Below, in pieces: positions 46,257 through 59,429 of a stretch of DNA of 64,000 nt. The notes below the pieces were generated by a model. The model worked only from the letters and a program-made list of their open reading frames with translations, was not told the origin of the DNA and did not search any database. This DNA is from an uncultured Hormoscilla sp. (lineage in GTDB: Bacteria > Cyanobacteriota > Cyanobacteriia > Cyanobacteriales > Desertifilaceae): positions 3,264,001 to 3,328,000 of the forward strand of contig OZ001293.3 in assembly GCA_963921275.4 (NCBI GenBank), read 5' to 3'. The position numbers and the translations under genes are program-made. Position 1 is the first letter of the stretch. Each line of letters opens with the position of its first letter.

Positions 46257-46659
46257 TCGTTCGTAGTCAGCACTCTTCGTGCTTTTCTCCGTTCGTAGTC
46301 AGCACGAAGAGTGCTTTTCTCTCGTGACCAGGGTCTCCCTGGTCACGCCTGGTTGAGGCTCTGCCTCCTGGCCAGGATCAGGTGAGCGAACTCATTCATG
46401 TGATGAAGGTCCGACCAATCATAAGAGGCAGAGCCTCGGACTTCCCATTCCCAGGGAGACCCTGGGAACGAGAATGGAGCTTGAGGATCTACCTCCTAGG
46501 GTCATATTTCTCACTCATAATAGTCAACTACGAGGCCAATCACAAGAGGCATAGCTTCGGACTTCCCATTCCCAGGGAGACCCTGGGAACGAGGGTAAGC
46601 GGTATCAGAAACCACCACCGTAGCGTTCCTCTGCCCAATGCTCTCCCCGCCGGTGATAA

Positions 46660-46933
46660 CCGTTGCGTTTCCAGAACATTTGGCACTTTTCCGTAGAGGT
46701 GGGGAACCACTAACCGCATCGGACCACCGTGGTCTGGGGGTAGCGGCATGGCCATGAAGTCAGACCAGCTGAAAGTTGCTTCTTTTGCTAGCCCCCAAAC
46801 CCTAAGTTGCCAGGTGTCGGTACTGACTTCCGGAGTCTCGCCGTAGGTTAACACGGGAAAACCCTGGGCTAGGTATCCGGAGGCACCCGCTCTCTCTGTT
46901 GAGCTTCTGGTTTACGGAAAAATTTTCCTAGCA
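46660..46933 (-). pseudogene. Sulfite oxidase-like molybdopterin oxidoreductase remnant
   Basis: FPVLTYGETP...W.LRVWG joined by a deletion to HGGPMRLVVPHLY. Confidence 0.7.
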
Positions 46934-46955
46934 TAATTCACCCTAGATTGAATTA

Positions 46956-47129
46956 CTAGTCCTCTTCTTCTTCCTCTTCAAATGGTGGATAGACAAAGCT
47001 AGAACGTCGAGTCAGAACGGACTTGCCCAGACTGAGAGCTTTTTGTGCTTGGAACGCTGCTTTCCGCTTCCAGACTGCTTTCCGCTGATTTCGCTTGGTT
47101 TTCGATGTTTTCTTTTTCGGGACTGCCAT
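46956..47129 (-). CDS. rpmF: 50S ribosomal protein L32
   Basis: [21 protein letters not shown]...ALSLGKSVL. Confidence 0.95.
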   Translation of the reverse strand: MAVPKKKTSKTKRNQRKAVWKRKAAFQAQKALSLGKSVLTRRSSFVYPPFEEEEEED

Positions 47130-47344
47130 AACCGTGCACCATCGCAATTGTTGACAACCCTCCCATTATAAAGCCATTGCCTCCCAGCTGACTTGGCTGG
47201 ATACGTAATACTCGTGTTTTACCAATTTAAACCGCCTCAAGTAACGGCCAATCCTTGCTTGACTGGGGGTTTTTAATTTTTCGGTAGTTTGGAGATTTCA
47301 CTCCCTTGAGGGCAAGTGCCGAAAAATCATCCGAATATTAAGAT

Positions 47345-47509
47345 CTGGAGAGTGCGAAGTTCTCCGGAAAAACGACCTAGTATAAAAGCTGAAACCCTTG
47401 CTGGAAGTAGCTTACAGCCAGTAGTGGCCCGCTTATTACCCATGGTCGGTCGATCGGACCAAAACCCGCTTATGACAAGCCGTTATCCAAAGAACTTCGC
47501 ACTGTCCAG
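47345..47509. mobile_element. 165-bp MITE, copy 1
   Basis: TIRs CTGGAGAGTGCGAAGTTC / GAACTTCGCACTGTCCAG with 7-bp direct repeat TTAAGAT. Confidence 0.85.
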
Positions 47510-48130
47510 TTAAGATAATGGCTCTTTCGACCAGCAGTTGGTTGGGGTTTCCGATCCCAAGGCTCTGTGGCTATGGGCTCACAGACAGCAGCGATCGCAT
47601 GAGCGAGAAAACCAGCAAACATTGCACTAACAATCCGGCGCTTGATAGCATTTGCAGTCCTTGCTCTTGGCATCTCCATCATCGCCGTATCCTGAGGAAC
47701 AAAGAAATTGGTTTCCACAGGGGAACGATGACTGTAGGCCAGGCGGAATTCGGTAGTAGTCAACTCCCTAGCCACAGTTCCAATGAGCAGGCGATGGAGG
47801 ACGGTCATAGTCAGGATGGTCTACTCTGACCACATCAAGGATCGTCTGGGCAAAATCTTCTGCCGTGTTGATGATTCCACCGTCGAGATCGCACCTCTTT
47901 TTCTTCTTCAATGACAGTAACATCCTCGGGAGGCTCCCTCTCGACCCACTGCCCTAAGGGAGTACGACTCCATGCGAAGGGAGGTCGTCCCCGTTTTCCT
48001 TTCTCTTTGGGGACTGGGCACAACGCCATTTACAGTTTTTCGGCAATCTTCCAGCCGTCTTGCTCAGTGGCAGCAGCGAACTGTTTTTGAGTCGCTATGC
48101 CAGCATCGACCACTAGTACACCACACCGCA
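47510..48130 (-). pseudogene. Transposase fragment
   Basis: GKRGRPP, AYSHRSPVETNFF and PWDRKPQPTAGR suggest a decayed DDE transposase. Confidence 0.5.
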
Positions 48131-48143
48131 AATATATCTGATA

Positions 48144-49155
48144 ACTCAAGTTGCGACCTATAAAAATTGGATACAAAAAGCTATGATAAAGAGAATTATT
48201 TTCAACTCTAATCCCTTAGATGTAACAGCATGAATTGACTTGGGAAACAAATTGGTGATTCGACTAAAACAGGTTTCAACTTGTTTTCTTGTTACTTTTT
48301 GTATATATTCAAAACAAGAATATTCTTTTCTTTTTGAGTTCTTTTTTCGCAAAGGTTTTAACATTATACTTGACGACTCTTTTAGTAAATCCTCTAATTG
48401 ATAATCATTATAAGCTTTATCTCCATAAACTATTGAATTTGATGGTAAGTCAAAGCCAAAAGATTGCAAAACTTTAACATCATTATAACTACCAGGATCT
48501 AGATAAAATTCTATTGGCTTTACATTTTTGTTTACCAACATATGAACTCTTAATCCATAAAAATAACGTTTTTTACTGGCAATATACCCTCGATATTCTT
48601 CCTTGTTATAAATTTGGCATCTATCAATCCTAATATTATCACATACTGGCACCGGGAAACTATCAAGAATATATTCTTGACCCGGATTGAGCTCTTTAAA
48701 TGTTTGAGCTATAACTTGGAAGAAAAACATCCAAATTGGTTCCTCAATATTGTGTAATCGACGATTGAACCTACTTTTACTTAACAGATTTTTTATATAC
48801 TTGTGTTGGACCATAAATTGACAAGAGCGATCGTGGTGTCCTCCGAAAAAATATGCAGCAACTAATCCGACTATCATCGCTTCGGCATTGTTCATTTTTA
48901 CTTGTGGATCTTCTTTTATATTTAACGCTTTTAGTAGCTCGTCACAAAGAACAAAAATTGTTGTAATCATATCTTCCATCATCTACATCCCCCAGCAATT
49001 AACTATTATTTTAGTACATTATAACCTATAAACAGCCAACCCGCCGCATAGCACAAAAAAAATATAATTTTGTATCAAAAGCTACGAAATATCCCAAATA
49101 TCTGTAAAGTCTAAGTGGGTAATTCATATTTTTTTTAATAGGTCGCAACTTAGGT
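48144..49155 (-). mobile_element. IS982-family element with intact 274-aa transposase (48158-48982)
   Basis: TIRs ACTCAAGTTGCGACC / GGTCGCAACTTAGGT with 9-bp direct repeat TATCTGATA. Motifs LDSFPVPVC, YFYGLRVH, GDKAY, RKQVET. Confidence 0.92.
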
Positions 49156-49590
49156 TATCTGATAATAGAGCTAGTCATGGCTCCGAGAGCATCAGGATTG
49201 GCTGAAACCCTTGCAGGGCAATAATTTCAGCAGTGCTGCTTACCGCAATTTTAGTACAAATGTTGGCTAGTGTGTTATAACTACTCACTGTTCGCTTATT
49301 TTAAAATGAATTAGGAAAATTGATAAAAAAAGCTTTTTGGTACAAGTTATGCTATTGTAGAAGAAGAAAGCCCATTGCTCCTAAGCTGTCGCGCATTCAA
49401 ACTGCATATTGAAAAAATGGCCATGCTGGCGCTCAAAGCTTATTTAGACAGGGTTGCCACTATTTAACCCGATAGGCTTCTATGCAATGAGGATGCAGCT
49501 TGTTATTCAAGAGCAAGTAAATAGTGTTATGCTAAAAGGACAAACTTTTGCTCGCTCCCAAAAACCTCTCCATCAAGTCAACTAAACTCT

Positions 49591-50433
49591 ATGAATATTG
49601 CTTCTGAATACACAATCAACCAAGAGAGGATAGACGATATGCTGTTAAAGCAATTAGAAAAAATGGGGGTTCAGAAACTGATAGATGAGTATTTTACCAC
49701 CCATGGTAACTGGCAAGGATTAAGTTTGGGATGGGGAGCAGTAGTGTGGTTAAGCCATATTATGTCTCAACAAGACCATCGTTTGAGTTATGTGCAACCC
49801 TGGGTAGGAAAACGATTGGAAACCTTAAAAGTATGTACGGGGCAGACCATAAGAGAGTTGGATTTTTCAGATGATAGATTAGAAGCCAGTTTAAGATACT
49901 TAAGTCAGGATAAGAATTGGTCAGAGTTCGAGTGCGGGGTGGTAATTTGGTACAAGTCTATGACATTAGTTTAGAAAAGGTACGATTAGATAGCACTACG
50001 GCAAGCAGTTATTGTGGGGTAAATGAAGAAGGATTATTTCAGTGGGGTGATAGCAAAGACTATCGTCCAGACTTAAGACAAGCAAAAATAATGCTGTCAA
50101 CATTAGATCCTATGGCAATGCCGATCGCCACAGAAGTAGTAGCAGGAAATAAAGCTGATGATCCCTTATACATACCCGCAGTCCATAGAGTCAAAGAAAC
50201 GCTCAATAAATCGGGTTTGCTGATGATTGGGGGATTGTCAAATGGCAGCATTACAGACAAGAGCCGAAATAGTCAGAGGAGGGGATTATTATTTGTGTCC
50301 ATTGAGTGCCAAACAAGTTAGTCAAGAAGAACTAAAAGAGTATGTTTTACCAGTATGGCAAGGAAAACAGCCCACCACTGATGTTGAATATGATTACGCT
50401 GATGGTAAAAGAGAAATAGTTGCCGTCGGCTAT
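49591..50433 (+). pseudogene. IS1634-like transposase remnant
   Basis: HGNWQGLSLG, DFSDDRL, RLDSTT, SKDYRPDLRQ, GNKADDPLY. Frameshifted and truncated by the next IS. Confidence 0.8.
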
Positions 50434-51630
50434 GGGTGCATCCCCTTCGCTAAGTACAAATACTGAGATTTCAGAGAGAGGCTTTGAGGATAATCTATAA
50501 AAGTACTCCTCATCCTGGTAGAAGTCATGAACCCAGAAATCCAAGCCCAAATTGAAGCCCATGCTCAAGCCCGGAAGCGGCCCGACTCCATGAGCAAGCT
50601 TTGGCTACCGTACCGGAGCAACTCACCACTCTTGAAGGAATCGAAGCCACGGTCCGCTCACTTGTTCTCCAATATGTCAGCCCTGAAATCGCCCTTTTTT
50701 GATCGCCAAGGAGAGCGGGACAAGCGCAGGACACTTTAGCACCGTCAAGAGCATTGTAGGGGAACCGAAGCTCACCAGTCAGCAAGCACAGTATTTTGAG
50801 GTCAAAGCCTATAGTCAGTGGAGTCCTTACCTAAAGAAATGTTGCCTAGAGTTGAGTGGGAACTCATCTGATGAACAATCGGCAAGGCAAATCAAGTTAC
50901 TGACGGGGATGAAAGTCGAATCGAGGAACACAGCAGCGACTGGTGCAGCGTGATGAATTTCCCGAAGGGCAAGCGTCACACCCCGTGCAGGCATTAACTG
51001 TGGATGGAGGGAAAGTGCGGTTACGGACCGAACTGGGAGAACCCTGCCAGTGGCGAGACTACAAAGCCGTGAACTTGGATGGGGAGTGGGTAGGGGCATA
51101 TTTCCGAGATCGCGAAGGACTGGTGGACTTTGTCAACCAACAAGCGCTTCTTTGTACCAGTTTTCACCCTAGGAGATGGTCACTCTGGGCATTGGGAATA
51201 TCCTGGGGAAAATCTCTAACCGAGTAGAAATACTCGATTGGTATCACTTAATGGAGAACTTAGAGAAAGTCGGCGGCTCCCAGCAGCGATTGGACCGGGT
51301 GAAGGAACTCCTGTGGAAAGGCCAGGTGAAGGAAGCCTTGAGAAAGTTTGAAGATTGGGAGCATGAGCGGGTAGACAGGTTGAAGGGCTATGTGGAGAAG
51401 CATCAGCATCGCATCGTCAACTACGGGTACTATCAGGCTGAGAAGATTCCCATAGGATCAGGGCAAGTCGAATCAACAGTAGGCCGAGGGGCAAGGGTGA
51501 AGTTATCTGGAGCACAGTGGAAGGAGGAGAATGTCCCCCAGGTGTTACGACATCGTTGTGCTTGCTTGAACGGAGTCTTTACAGCACTCACTATGAGTAA
51601 TAATACTTACCTAACTACTGGGATGCACCC
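50434..51630 (+). mobile_element. ISKra4-like element, frameshifted transposase
   Basis: TIRs GGGTGCATCCC / GGGATGCACCC flanked by TAT. Motifs VDGGKVRLRT, EILDWYHL, IGSGQVES. Confidence 0.82.
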
Positions 51631-51844
51631 TATCGTTAACTATGACCTTTATCAATTCTTGGGCATTCCGATTGGCTCTGGGGAGGTAGAGTCTGTAGTC
51701 AAGCGTATTGGTTCTCGTCTCAAGCTCTCTGGGGCTCAATGGCTTCGGACGTCAGTTAAACAAATGCTTCCCTTACGCTATGCTTATCTTAATGGCGCTT
51801 TTTCTCTGAGTACAACTACTTAGTGCAAAACTGGGATACTCCCC
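51631..51844 (+). pseudogene. 3' fragment of a second ISKra4-like element
   Basis: IVNY...IGSGEVESVVKRIG.RLKLSGAQW, ending GGGATACTCCCC. Confidence 0.7.
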
Positions 51845-52085
51845 ATGTAGAATTATTAGAAGGTCAGATTGTAGAAATGAGTCCTCAAGGTCCACTCCAT
51901 GCAGGCACTACCCAACGCGCCTCTGATTATATCAAAGCTCAATTAATTGAACAAGCTCATGTCCGGACGCCGTTGCCCGTTACTTTGTCAACTTCTGAAC
52001 CGGAACCAGACGTGGCCGTAGTTCTGATCGATCGGGGTGCCTATGGCGACCATCATCCCACTCCAGAGGAAATATTTCTCCTTAC
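51845..52085 (+). pseudogene. Uma2-family endonuclease fragment
   Basis: VELLEGQIVEMSP.GP.H...SEPEPDVAV...HPTPEEIFL, truncated at both ends. Confidence 0.75.
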
Positions 52086-52350
52086 AATACTCCGGACAAA
52101 ATTAGGAGGCTATGGCCCCGTAGGCAAGCAGGTTCTGGTAGTTCCTTCGATATCTCCCGGTGCTGCCGAAACGTGGGAGCGCGGTTGAGCACTACCCACG
52201 TTTCGGCAGCGCGCTAAAAGCACAACTGGTGGGGAGACATCTTTGTGAGATTTAATCTTTCCTCCACTGTTGACTATGTCTCGGCTGCGTTCGGAGACTC
52301 TAGAGGGGGAAGACACCTGGTCTAGAGCACCTTGGGTTATCTCTCTTGGT

Positions 52351-53267
52351 GGTCGGGGTCGAGCTGGGAATCACTCCCCAACCCTCCAAGAGCGGAACCT
52401 AAAGAGCGACTTTCACCGCACACGGCTACTGGTTAGTAAGCTGTTGTCATCAGTAGGTTTACTCACGGTTATCCCCGTTGTCCCTTACCCTTTGAAATTT
52501 TACCCCTTATGGTCAATCCTATTGGACCGCTTAAGTACTTAGCTCCGGAAGGTTCGCGGAGGATAGTCCAGCAAACCATACTCGCCGCTCTTTACTAACA
52601 TCTTCCCCATTCTGCTTTCCGCTTTTCGTAGGGGCTCTGAACTTTACCTGGCTAAGATTTGAATCCAACATTCCTACTATTCGGGGTTTCTCACTAGTTT
52701 TGCGACATTAGGGCTACTTTCCCCAAGGGTGTCTTACCATATCCGTCCTACGTCTGCATATCCACAGGCATTATCCTGGGCATTAGCTTCTTAGGACATC
52801 CTTCCTCTTCGTGGCTTGCGCTTTACATCTAACTTGTCCAAATGGGGACAGCTCACGAGAGGTTACTTCGTTCCCTAGTATCATTTCACGATGCTTTTAG
52901 GTTCCTACTTTACCCCGAGAGTTCTTTGAGTACGTTATTAGCCAGTGGACACAGCTCATACTAACTACCATTTCCCTTTTGGGCCAGCGCCTAAGCCTTA
53001 TTCCGCTGGTTTAGGTTTACGAGGCTTACATAGGTTCGCTTGTTCCAACCATTAGCATCTTTCCTAGCGGCGTCACCGGCTTAGGCTGCCAGTTATCCTA
53101 CATTTAAGTCCTCGCTCTGCACCACGGCGATGTGGCTCCGTAGCACTGAGGACCGGTGTCACCCCCGCACCTAGGGGAGGGGAATTGAACCCCCATGATT
53201 ACCAGAGTTCCTAGTTTCCTAGGCTAGCGTTCCGCGTTTGACCACGTTAGGCTAGAACGAATCGCAC
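52351..53267 (-). mobile_element. ORF-less group II intron D (917 nt)
   Basis: Minus strand starts GTGCGATTCGTTCTAGCC. Domain V AGCCGTGTGCGGTGAAAGTCGC...; ends CTCGACCCCGACC. Confidence 0.9.
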
Positions 53268-53798
53268 GTCCACGTATCTAACCTAGCAAGAGAGTTGGGC
53301 AAGTGGCAACCCCTGTTAATAATTCTTTACATTCTCTCGGGAACAAGCTACAAAGGCCCCCTGCTGACCACCGGTGATGCTTGGAGCCGTGAGGGACTGT
53401 GGCGGTTCTAGGAGGCCGATCCGGACGGTGGGTCGGTCTCAGTGCCGCCGCCGTGCCCGGACGCGACATTCGGATCACGGCTATAGAGATATTTCGATTC
53501 ATCTAAGTACCTTAAATACCATGCCGAAGTTCGATAATAAAAAGCCCGGTTTTTCCGAGAAACCGGGCTTTTTATTAGCACATATCCAACCAGATCGCCC
53601 GCTATCCCTGTACGCAAGCATATCTTTCCCGCGCTAGCCAACCGGTTAGAAAAAGAGTCTCCAATGCCCGATCTCCTGCCAGCAATCAACCGGCGATTTT
53701 CACTTAGTATTGGCCCCCGAATGAGGGCCGTCCAGTTTACAGCATAAAGTTGAGAGTAATGAACATCATCAGTTCCTCAGGATCGGAGGTATACTTAA

Positions 53799-54820
53799 GA
53801 GGGTGTTTGGAAAGTAGTAAAAAGCACTCTGTATGTCAAGAAGGCTTCCTGGGTTTATACTGAAATATGAAAACTAAAAACAGCAATCCAGAAAGCCATG
53901 ACTCTAGGCTATACCACTGAAGGAACCCAACTACAATGGGAGTTGTGATAATCTCTCAAGAACTGGCATCTAGCACCGGGCGACCTCGTACTGTAGATCT
54001 CATGAGCGTGGTCCAAGCAATTCTCGGGAGTTTTGGTGACGGGCTGCCCTTGGCGGTTGCTGCCCAATAACTATCCGCCGTTACGAGCTGTCTACTACTA
54101 CTTTCGGCAAGGTCGCTGGTTGGAGGGAACGTGGAAAGGTATCCACGCTCCGGAATGTGCAATGGGTACCTGTAGTTGAAGATCGTCAGCCTACACCTCC
54201 TGCCGGTAGTCTCGATTCACAAACAGCTGCCAAGGCGGTGATGGTTCATCGATGTCTCCTGTGTGCCGTATGTCCCCTGGGACAAGAGCAAGGAGCAGAG
54301 ACATCGAAAAGATGTTGGCTATGACGGGGGCAAAAAGATCTACTGGGCGCAAAGGCTTTACTCTGGTCGATACATTAGGGTTATTGATGGTGGTGAAGGT
54401 TGTTGCCTAAGGGTGTACCCTTACGCGCAGCGTAGCGTAGCGTGTAGCCATGGGCGAGGGGGCGGCAAGTTGTCCTCAATTCTGTACAGGAAGAGCGTCA
54501 AGGTTTCCCGAGACTGGTTCGCATCTGGGTCGAGCAAGGTTTTTCGGGGGCGGACTTTCTTCTCGGGGTCATGGATACCTTCCACCCTTATCTGGACGTG
54601 GTCCAAGGACCAGTGGGAGTCAAAGGATTTACCCTGCTGCCTTGGCGGTGTCCAGCCCTCGCGCACTTACTCCTGGCTACATTGGTGCTGTCGTCTCAAC
54701 ATGGATTATGAACCCGATCCTGCTTCATCAGAATCCTTTATCTACATAGCCATGATTCGACTTATGCTACGCCGACTAGCATAAAACATTTCTTACCTCT
54801 ACGTGTTTCCAAACGTCCTC
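53799..54820 (+). mobile_element. IS5-family (IS1031-like) remnant
   Basis: TIRs GAGGGTGTTTGGAAA / TTTCCAAACGTCCTC with TAA flanks. Motifs GYDGGKK and IYIAMIRLMLRRLA. Confidence 0.78.
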
Positions 54821-54999
54821 TAACTTCCAGCCAATCACTGGCTTGCGCAAATCCCAGGCCCTCCCAAACATAAATCACGTTCATTACTGCTTTTGGTAAG
54901 CCCGCAATGGTGATTTTTACAGAGTGTTTCTCGGTAACTACTCACAGCAAAAAGTAGAGCTTGTTGAAAAAGAAGTGAATCACAAGCTCAATAAAGTGT

Positions 55000-56720
55000 T
55001 AGGTAGATGGCAATCCCGATGGACCGCGACCAGAAAAAAGTAGGGCTTGAAGAAATTAAGTATAGATTACAAGCCCTGGAAAAATTAAGTAGATTGCAAT
55101 CCCGGCGAACTAGGACCAGCTAAAGACAACAGTTCACACAAACTGGCGATCGCCGATGCTCCTTGCAACCCCATAGTTTCTAAGAAGCTAAACATTTGAG
55201 CTACTAACGAGCGCTCCCCAATCGCTTCTAGCTCCACCGCTAACTTTACGATGCACCACTACTGGACGCAAAGCTCGTTCGGCATCATTATTGTCGGGTT
55301 TAACATCTGGTTGAGATAAAAATGTGAACCACTCATCCCAATGACGTCTAAGTCGTGAGGCAAGCCTTTGGGCATCGGCTGGCCATCCGGCAGATGGAGG
55401 GCGAGCCAAAATTGCTTGTAGTTGGGCTTCTACAGTTTGACGTTTTTGTTGGAGTTGTGCAAGAGTCAATAAACCAGCGAGATAATCCCATTGGCGCTTT
55501 TATAGCTGTCCATAAAACTTGCTTGATCTTTTGTGCAAAATCAACATTGGCGGCAAAACGACTGGTTAATAGAGCTTCCAAGTGTCGTTCCAGATGGGCT
55601 AAACATTTTTGTTTCCCTGCTGCTGACTGTGGACCATAGGCGCTAAAACAATCACTAGTCAGAATCCCGTCAAAGTTTTCTCCGAGTAACCGCTTAAGTT
55701 CCGCGCTACCGCGGGTTGGAGCCAAAAGCAGAACGCATACTTTATCACTGGTAGCCACCCATAGCCAATACTTAATCCCATCAATGCAATAAGTGGTCTC
55801 GTCCACACACCGCTGGTTTGTGTTGCACATAAGCTAGCCACTGTTGATAACTTGGCTCCAAACTTTCTGTAAACCACCGGTGCATCTTCGCCAAACTGCC
55901 TTGAGAAATTGGTACACCCAAGACGTGTTCTACAAAATACTCTTGTTTTCGCCATGCCAAGTTACCACCGTACCCAAGCCAGCCAACAACACTACTAAGC
56001 CGACCACCATAACTAAATCCTTCTTTGATGCCCCAAGGTAAGGGAGCATATCCAGACCACCCGCAAGACTGGCAAAGACATGGGACTTCGTTGATATTCT
56101 CGGATTTCAACGGGCTGCTCTATCAGTTCTGCTACTTGTTGAACTTTCTGCGGACCACCTGCCACAAGTTCGACGTCATCTCCGCAAGCGGGGCATGGGT
56201 GAGGCCTAAGCTGTTCTATGCGATCGGGCACTCCAAATCCCGGAGCGCGTCTTACCACAATGATTATATTTGGGACCACGCTTTTTACCTTTTTTGCGCC
56301 TGCTTTTGTCCGACGGTTTTTTGGCGTTGCACATTTTGGGGATGATACTCTTTTTGCACATAACTGAAAGTCGCTTGTAGTCTAGGTTTAAAACTATTGC
56401 AACTATGTCTATCATCCCGTCCGAAGTGCAACGCCGGTTTTTTAATAATGTCTTGTGAGGGGGGGACGGAACTGTTGACAGACGAGAAATTTTTCAGTTT
56501 GTGCAGCTGGTCCTTGAGTTCTGCGTTTTCTTCGTTGAGAGCATCAAGTTCCCTTTGTTGCTTCTCTATTAGCTCTTGCTGTTGTTTGAGGAGTTGCTGC
56601 TGCTTCAAGAGCCACTCGACCAGTAGCACATAGTTCGCCATTTGGTCTGGTTCGACGGCGAATGTCAGTGGCTCGGTCTGTGATGCCAGTGGCCCGGTCT
56701 GTGATGCAGCAGTATATGTT
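55000..56720 (-). pseudogene. IS66-family transposase remnant
   Basis: SSVNSSVPPSQD, VDET, SDCFSAY, QKCLAHL, PDNNDAERALR...RKVSGG. Frameshifted. Confidence 0.85.
56323..56435. mobile_element. 113-bp MITE, copy 1 (inside IS66)
   Basis: TIRs GGCGTTGCAC / GTGCAACGCC with 8-bp direct repeat GGTTTTTT. Confidence 0.85.
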
Positions 56721-56737
56721 ATACAAATTAGTATACA

Positions 56738-57749
56738 ACTCAAGTTGCGACCTATAAAAATTGGATACAAAAAGCTATGATAAAGAGAATTATTTTCAAC
56801 TCTAATCCCTTAGATGTAACAGCATGAATTGACTTGGGAAACAAATTGGTGATTCGACTAAAACAGGTTTCAACTTGTTTTCTTGTTACTTTTTGTATAT
56901 ATTCAAAACAAGAATATTCTTTTCTTTTTGAGTTCTTTTTTCGCAAAGGTTTTAACATTATACTTGACGACTCTTTTAGTAAATCCTCTAATTGATAATC
57001 ATTATAAGCTTTATCTCCATAAACTATTGAATTTGATGGTAAGTCAAAGCCAAAAGATTGCAAAACTTTAACATCATTATAACTACCAGGATCTAGATAA
57101 AATTCTATTGGCTTTCCATTTTTGTTTACCAACATATGAACTCTTAATCCATAAAAATAACGTTTTTTACTGGCAATATACTCTCGATATTCTTCCTTGT
57201 TATAAATTTGGCATCTATCAATCCTAATATTATCACATACTGGCACCGGGAAACTATCAAGAATATATTCTTGACCCGGATTGAGCTCTTTAAATGTTTG
57301 AGCTATAACTTGGAAGAAAAACATCCAAATTGGTTCCTCAATATTGTGTAATCGACGATTGAACCTACTTTTACTTAACAGATTTTTTATATACTTGTGT
57401 TGGACCATAAATTGACAAGAGCGATCGTGGTGTCCTCCGAAAAAATATGCAGCAACTAATCCGACTGTCATCACTTCGGCATTGTTCATTTTTACTTGTG
57501 AATCTTCTTTTATATTTAACGCTTTTAGTAGCTCGTCACAAAGAACAAAAATTGTTGTAATCATATCTTCCATCATCTACATCCCCCAGCAATTAACTAT
57601 TATTTTAGTACATTATAACCTATAAACAGCCAACCCGCCGTCTAGCACAAAAAAAATATAATTTTGTATCAAAAGCTACGAAATATCCCAAATATCTGTA
57701 AAGTCTAAGTGGGTAATTCATATTTTTTTTAATAGGTCGCAACTTAGGT
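56738..57749 (-). mobile_element. IS982-family element, second copy, intact transposase (56752-57576)
   Basis: Near-identical to 48144-49155. 6-bp direct repeat TATACA. Confidence 0.92.
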
Positions 57750-57814
57750 TATACACCTTACAAGAGGGAAAATAAGTCACGGTTGTGTGCCGCACCCGGT
57801 GAGTTGTGCAATAA

Positions 57815-57978
57815 CTGGAGAGTGCGAAGTTCTCCTAAAACAAGACATACTCTAAAAGCTGAAACCCTTGTAGGGAGAGGCTTACAGCCCGTAGTAGCCC
57901 GCAGATTGCCTCTCCGAGGTCCATCGGGCTGAAACCTGCTGATGACAAGAAGTTACATTAGAACTTCGCACTGTCCAG
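57815..57978. mobile_element. 164-bp MITE, copy 2
   Basis: Same TIRs as 47345-47509. 8-bp direct repeat TGCAATAA. Confidence 0.85.
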
Positions 57979-59429
57979 TGCAATAACATTTTTAGCTAAA
58001 ATCCACACTCCCGCTCAGGGTTGCGCCAGCGCAATGGTTGCGCGTGGGATGCCCACAGTCTCGTGGGAGGTGTTTTCCCCAGGGATAAAAACAGAAATGC
58101 TCACCTTGCAAGCTAGGCATTTTCAATAAGCTGTCTCTATTGCAGTGAGCAGTTACGTTTCTCGCGGTTTATTGATGGTTTTGTCTCCGACATTGGAGCT
58201 GCATATACTTTTAATTTTTAATCTTTAATATAAATTACTTAGATGAAAAAATAAATAGATTTTGCAAACAAATATTTGCCAACTGGATAGTGAAAAGTTA
58301 TAGTTGGAATGGCGCCGAGTAAAGTTAACAGACAATCCTCTCTGTTAAAGGCTTTGCTCCCCCTCGATGCTTTCTGGAGACGAATTTATTCATTCATTAG
58401 CCAGGTCAACATTTAGCTAAAATAGGTAGATATCGATCTTGAAGAGTTAGACGGACAATAAGTTGCTGTGGGGTAGCCATGTAAGGGAAGGGTTTCGATG
58501 TCTCTGCTCCTTGCTCTTGTCCCAGGGGACTCGGCACACAGGAGACATCGCGGAACCAACGGGGAAAACCTCGCGCCTCTATCTACTGACATTTCTCAAC
58601 GAGCGCAATTGTAAGATTCCCAAAGGGCGTTAAGGTTAACAAAACGCTCCATAGCAACAATCTTACGCTTGACAAGTGGACGCTCTTTTTCAGGGAACTG
58701 GTCAAGGATAAGATTTTTAGGCTACCTAGAGCATCGGAAAGCGTACAACTTCTTTATGGCTGCGCCCCGGAGCGTAGCGTGGCGCAGCCATGGGCAGCGC
58801 TATGGGTAAAATCATGAGGGGTCCAGGGAGGTCCTTACAGGGGTATGTTTTTTAGATTTTGGTTTGTTTGAGGGGGTGAGGGGGTGAGGGGGTGAGGGGG
58901 TGAAGGGGTATAAAAGGTAAATCAACATGGCTCTATAATAGACAATTATCACCAAAGGCCAGCTCCCACTCCCCCACTCTCCCACTCTCCCCCTCAGTTG
59001 GATCTGGTAAAAATTCAAAACATACCCTTGAAAGAGAGGGAGGTCCAGGGAGAGGGGGAGGCGAGAAGATGTTGATTTTTCGTGTTCTGCATAGATGGAG
59101 AGAAAATGTCGGCGTATTATTAATGGACCGACGCTCTAGTAGTGTAAGACTTTTCATCCAGAACCGATAGCTGAAACCCCATAACAAGGTTTGGGAGAGT
59201 ACGAAAAGTCACCTCAAGAAAGAACCGCCATCCGCTTCAATAATTTCGGACCCGGATAGAGTGATATCTGTTGACATTCGATGTGCTCGGGGCGCCCATG
59301 GCTGCGCCACGCTACGGGATAGTCGCACGCTCTTCGAGCACATCGAAGAATCATTTGCTTGCCACAAGGTAGTACAGTCAATACAAACCTTACCTGATGT
59401 TTTGGACTTCGATAATGTAAGTCACGCTC